DNA of 64,000 bases from the NCBI GenBank assembly GCA_964016885.1, contig CAXHJY010000992.1:1-64000 (forward strand), in the 5' to 3' direction. Below are positions 62,105-64,000 of the stretch, one piece after another. The first letter of the stretch is position 1. The number at the start of each line of letters is the position of its first letter. The notes under the pieces were generated by a model. The model had not been told where the DNA came from. It saw only the letters and a list, made by a program, of their open reading frames with translations, and searched no databases. Both the position numbers and the translations under genes were made by a program. This DNA is from Eledone cirrhosa (taxonomy: Eukaryota).

Positions 62105-64000
62105 AGATAGCAACCGTGGGTAAGGATAGATACTATGGGTAAGGATAGTTAGCAACTGTGGGTAAGGATAGATACTGTGGGTAAGGATAGTTAGCAACTG
62201 TGGGTAGGGATAGATAGCAACTGTGGGTAAGGATAGATACTGTGGGTAAGGATAGATAGCAACTGTGGGTAAGGATAGATAGCAACTGTGGGTAAGGATA
62301 GATACTGTGGGTAAGGATAGTTAGCAACTGTGGGTAGGGATAGATAGCAACTGTGGGTAAGGATAGATACTGTGGGTAAGGATAGATAGCAACTGTGGGT
62401 AAGGATAGATACTGTGGGTAAGGATAGTTAGCAACTGTGGGTAGGGATAGATAGCAACTGTGGGTAAGGATAGATAGCAACTGTGGGTAAGGATAGATAG
62501 CAACTGTGGGTAAGGATAGATAGCAACTGTGGGTAAGGATAGTTAGCAACTGTGGGTAAGGATAGATAGCAACTGTGGGTAAGGATAGATAGCAACTGTG
62601 GGTAAGGATAGTTAGCAACTGTGGGTAGGGATAGATAGCAACTGTGGGTAAGGATAGATAGCAACTGTGGGTAAGGATAGATAGCAACTGTGGGTAAGGA
62701 TAGATAGTAACTGTGGGTAAGGATAGATAGCAACTGTGGGTAGGGATAGATAGCAACTGTGGGTAAGGATAGTTAGCAACTGTGGGTAAGGATAGATAGC
62801 AACTGTGGGTAAGGATAGATAGCAACTGTGGGTAAGGATAGATACTGTGGGTAAGGATAGTTAGCAAATGTGGGTAGGGATAGATAGCAACTGTGGGTAA
62901 GGATAGATAGCAACTGTGGGTAAGGATAGATAGCAACTGTGGGTAAGGATAGATAGCAACTGTGGGTAAGGATAGTTAGCAACTGTGGGTAAGGATAGAT
63001 AGCAACTGTGGGTAAGGATAGATAGCAACTGTGGGTAAGGATAGATACTGTGGGTAAGGATAGTTAGCAAATGTGGGTAGGGATAGATAGCAACTGTGGG
63101 TAAGGATAGTTAGCAACTGTGGGTAAGGATAGTTAGCAACTGTGGGTAGGGATAGATAGCAACTGTGGGTAAGGATAGATAGCAACTGTGGGTAAGGATA
63201 GATAGTAACTGTGGGTAAGGATAGATAGCAACTGTGGGTAAGGATAGATAGCAACTGTGGGTAAGGATAGATAGCAACTGTGGGTAAGGATAGATAGCAA
63301 CTGTGGGTAAGGATAGATAGCAACTGTGGGTAAGGATAGATACTGTGGGTAAGGATAGTTAGCAACTGTGGGTAGGGATAGATAGCAACTGTGGGTAAGG
63401 ATAGTTAGCAACTGTGGGTAAGGATAGATAGTAACTGTGGGTAAGGATAGATAGTAACTGTGGGTAAGGATAGATAGCAACTGTGGGTAAGGATAGATAG
63501 CAACTGTGGGTAAGGATAGATACTGTGGGTAAGGATAGTTAGCAACTGTGGGTATGGATAGATAGCAACTGTGGGTAAGGATAGATAGCAACTGTGGGTA
63601 AGGATAGATAGCAACTGTGGGTAAGGATAGATACTGTGGGTAAGGGTAGATACTGTGGGTAAGGATAGTTAGCAACTGTGGGTAAGGATAGATAGCAACT
63701 GTGGGTAAGGATAGATAGCAACTGTGGGTAAGGATAGATAGTAACTGTGGGTAAGGATAGATAGCAACTGTGGGTAAGGATAGATAGCAACTGTGGGTAG
63801 GGATAGATACTGTGGGTAAGGGTAGATACTGTGGGTAAGGATAGTTAGCAACTGTGGGTAAGGATAGATAGCAACTGTGGGTAAGGATAGATAACAACTG
63901 TGGGTAAGGATAGATACTGTGGGTAAGGATAGTTAGCAACTGTGGGTAAGGATAGATAGCAACTGTGGGTAAGGATAGATAGCAACTGTGGGTAAGGATA
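62105..64000. repeat. 23-bp (19-bp variant) minisatellite, running off the window
   Basis: Unit AGATAGCAACTGTGGGTAAGGAT. Confidence 0.97.

Noticed and set aside
56655-63939. YIPYIPNIYT and YPYPQLLS repeat ORFs
   Set aside because: 43-bp and 23-bp units cycling through all frames; tandem-repeat artefacts.
62105-64000. Telomeric repeat
   Set aside because: The unit is 23 bp with a single GGG run, not TTAGGG-type.

Overview
AT-rich eukaryotic DNA, roughly two-thirds micro/minisatellite; the SINE/LINE repertoire suggests an octopod cephalopod (inference from recalled repeat motifs). Almost all long ORFs in the track are artefacts of tandem repeats. The one real protein-coding gene is the 3' part of a CAMSAP/Patronin orthologue on the minus strand, with small exons from 56386 down to the stop at 20530 that splice into a complete CKK domain. 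It includes two paralogous 72-nt exons that look mutually exclusive. Its introns are inflated by satellites, Helitron-like elements, MITEs, SINEs and a CR1-like LINE nested in an RTE LINE. The most unusual signal is a cluster at ~12.5-15.3 kb, between (TA)n arrays, of three type I hammerhead-ribozyme motifs. Two belong to a ~470-nt non-coding, retrozyme/Penelope-like unit with co-varying stems and a conserved octamer-box-TATA module upstream. One copy is a recent insertion with a 12-bp target-site duplication, 93-bp terminal direct repeat and 180-bp inverted segment.
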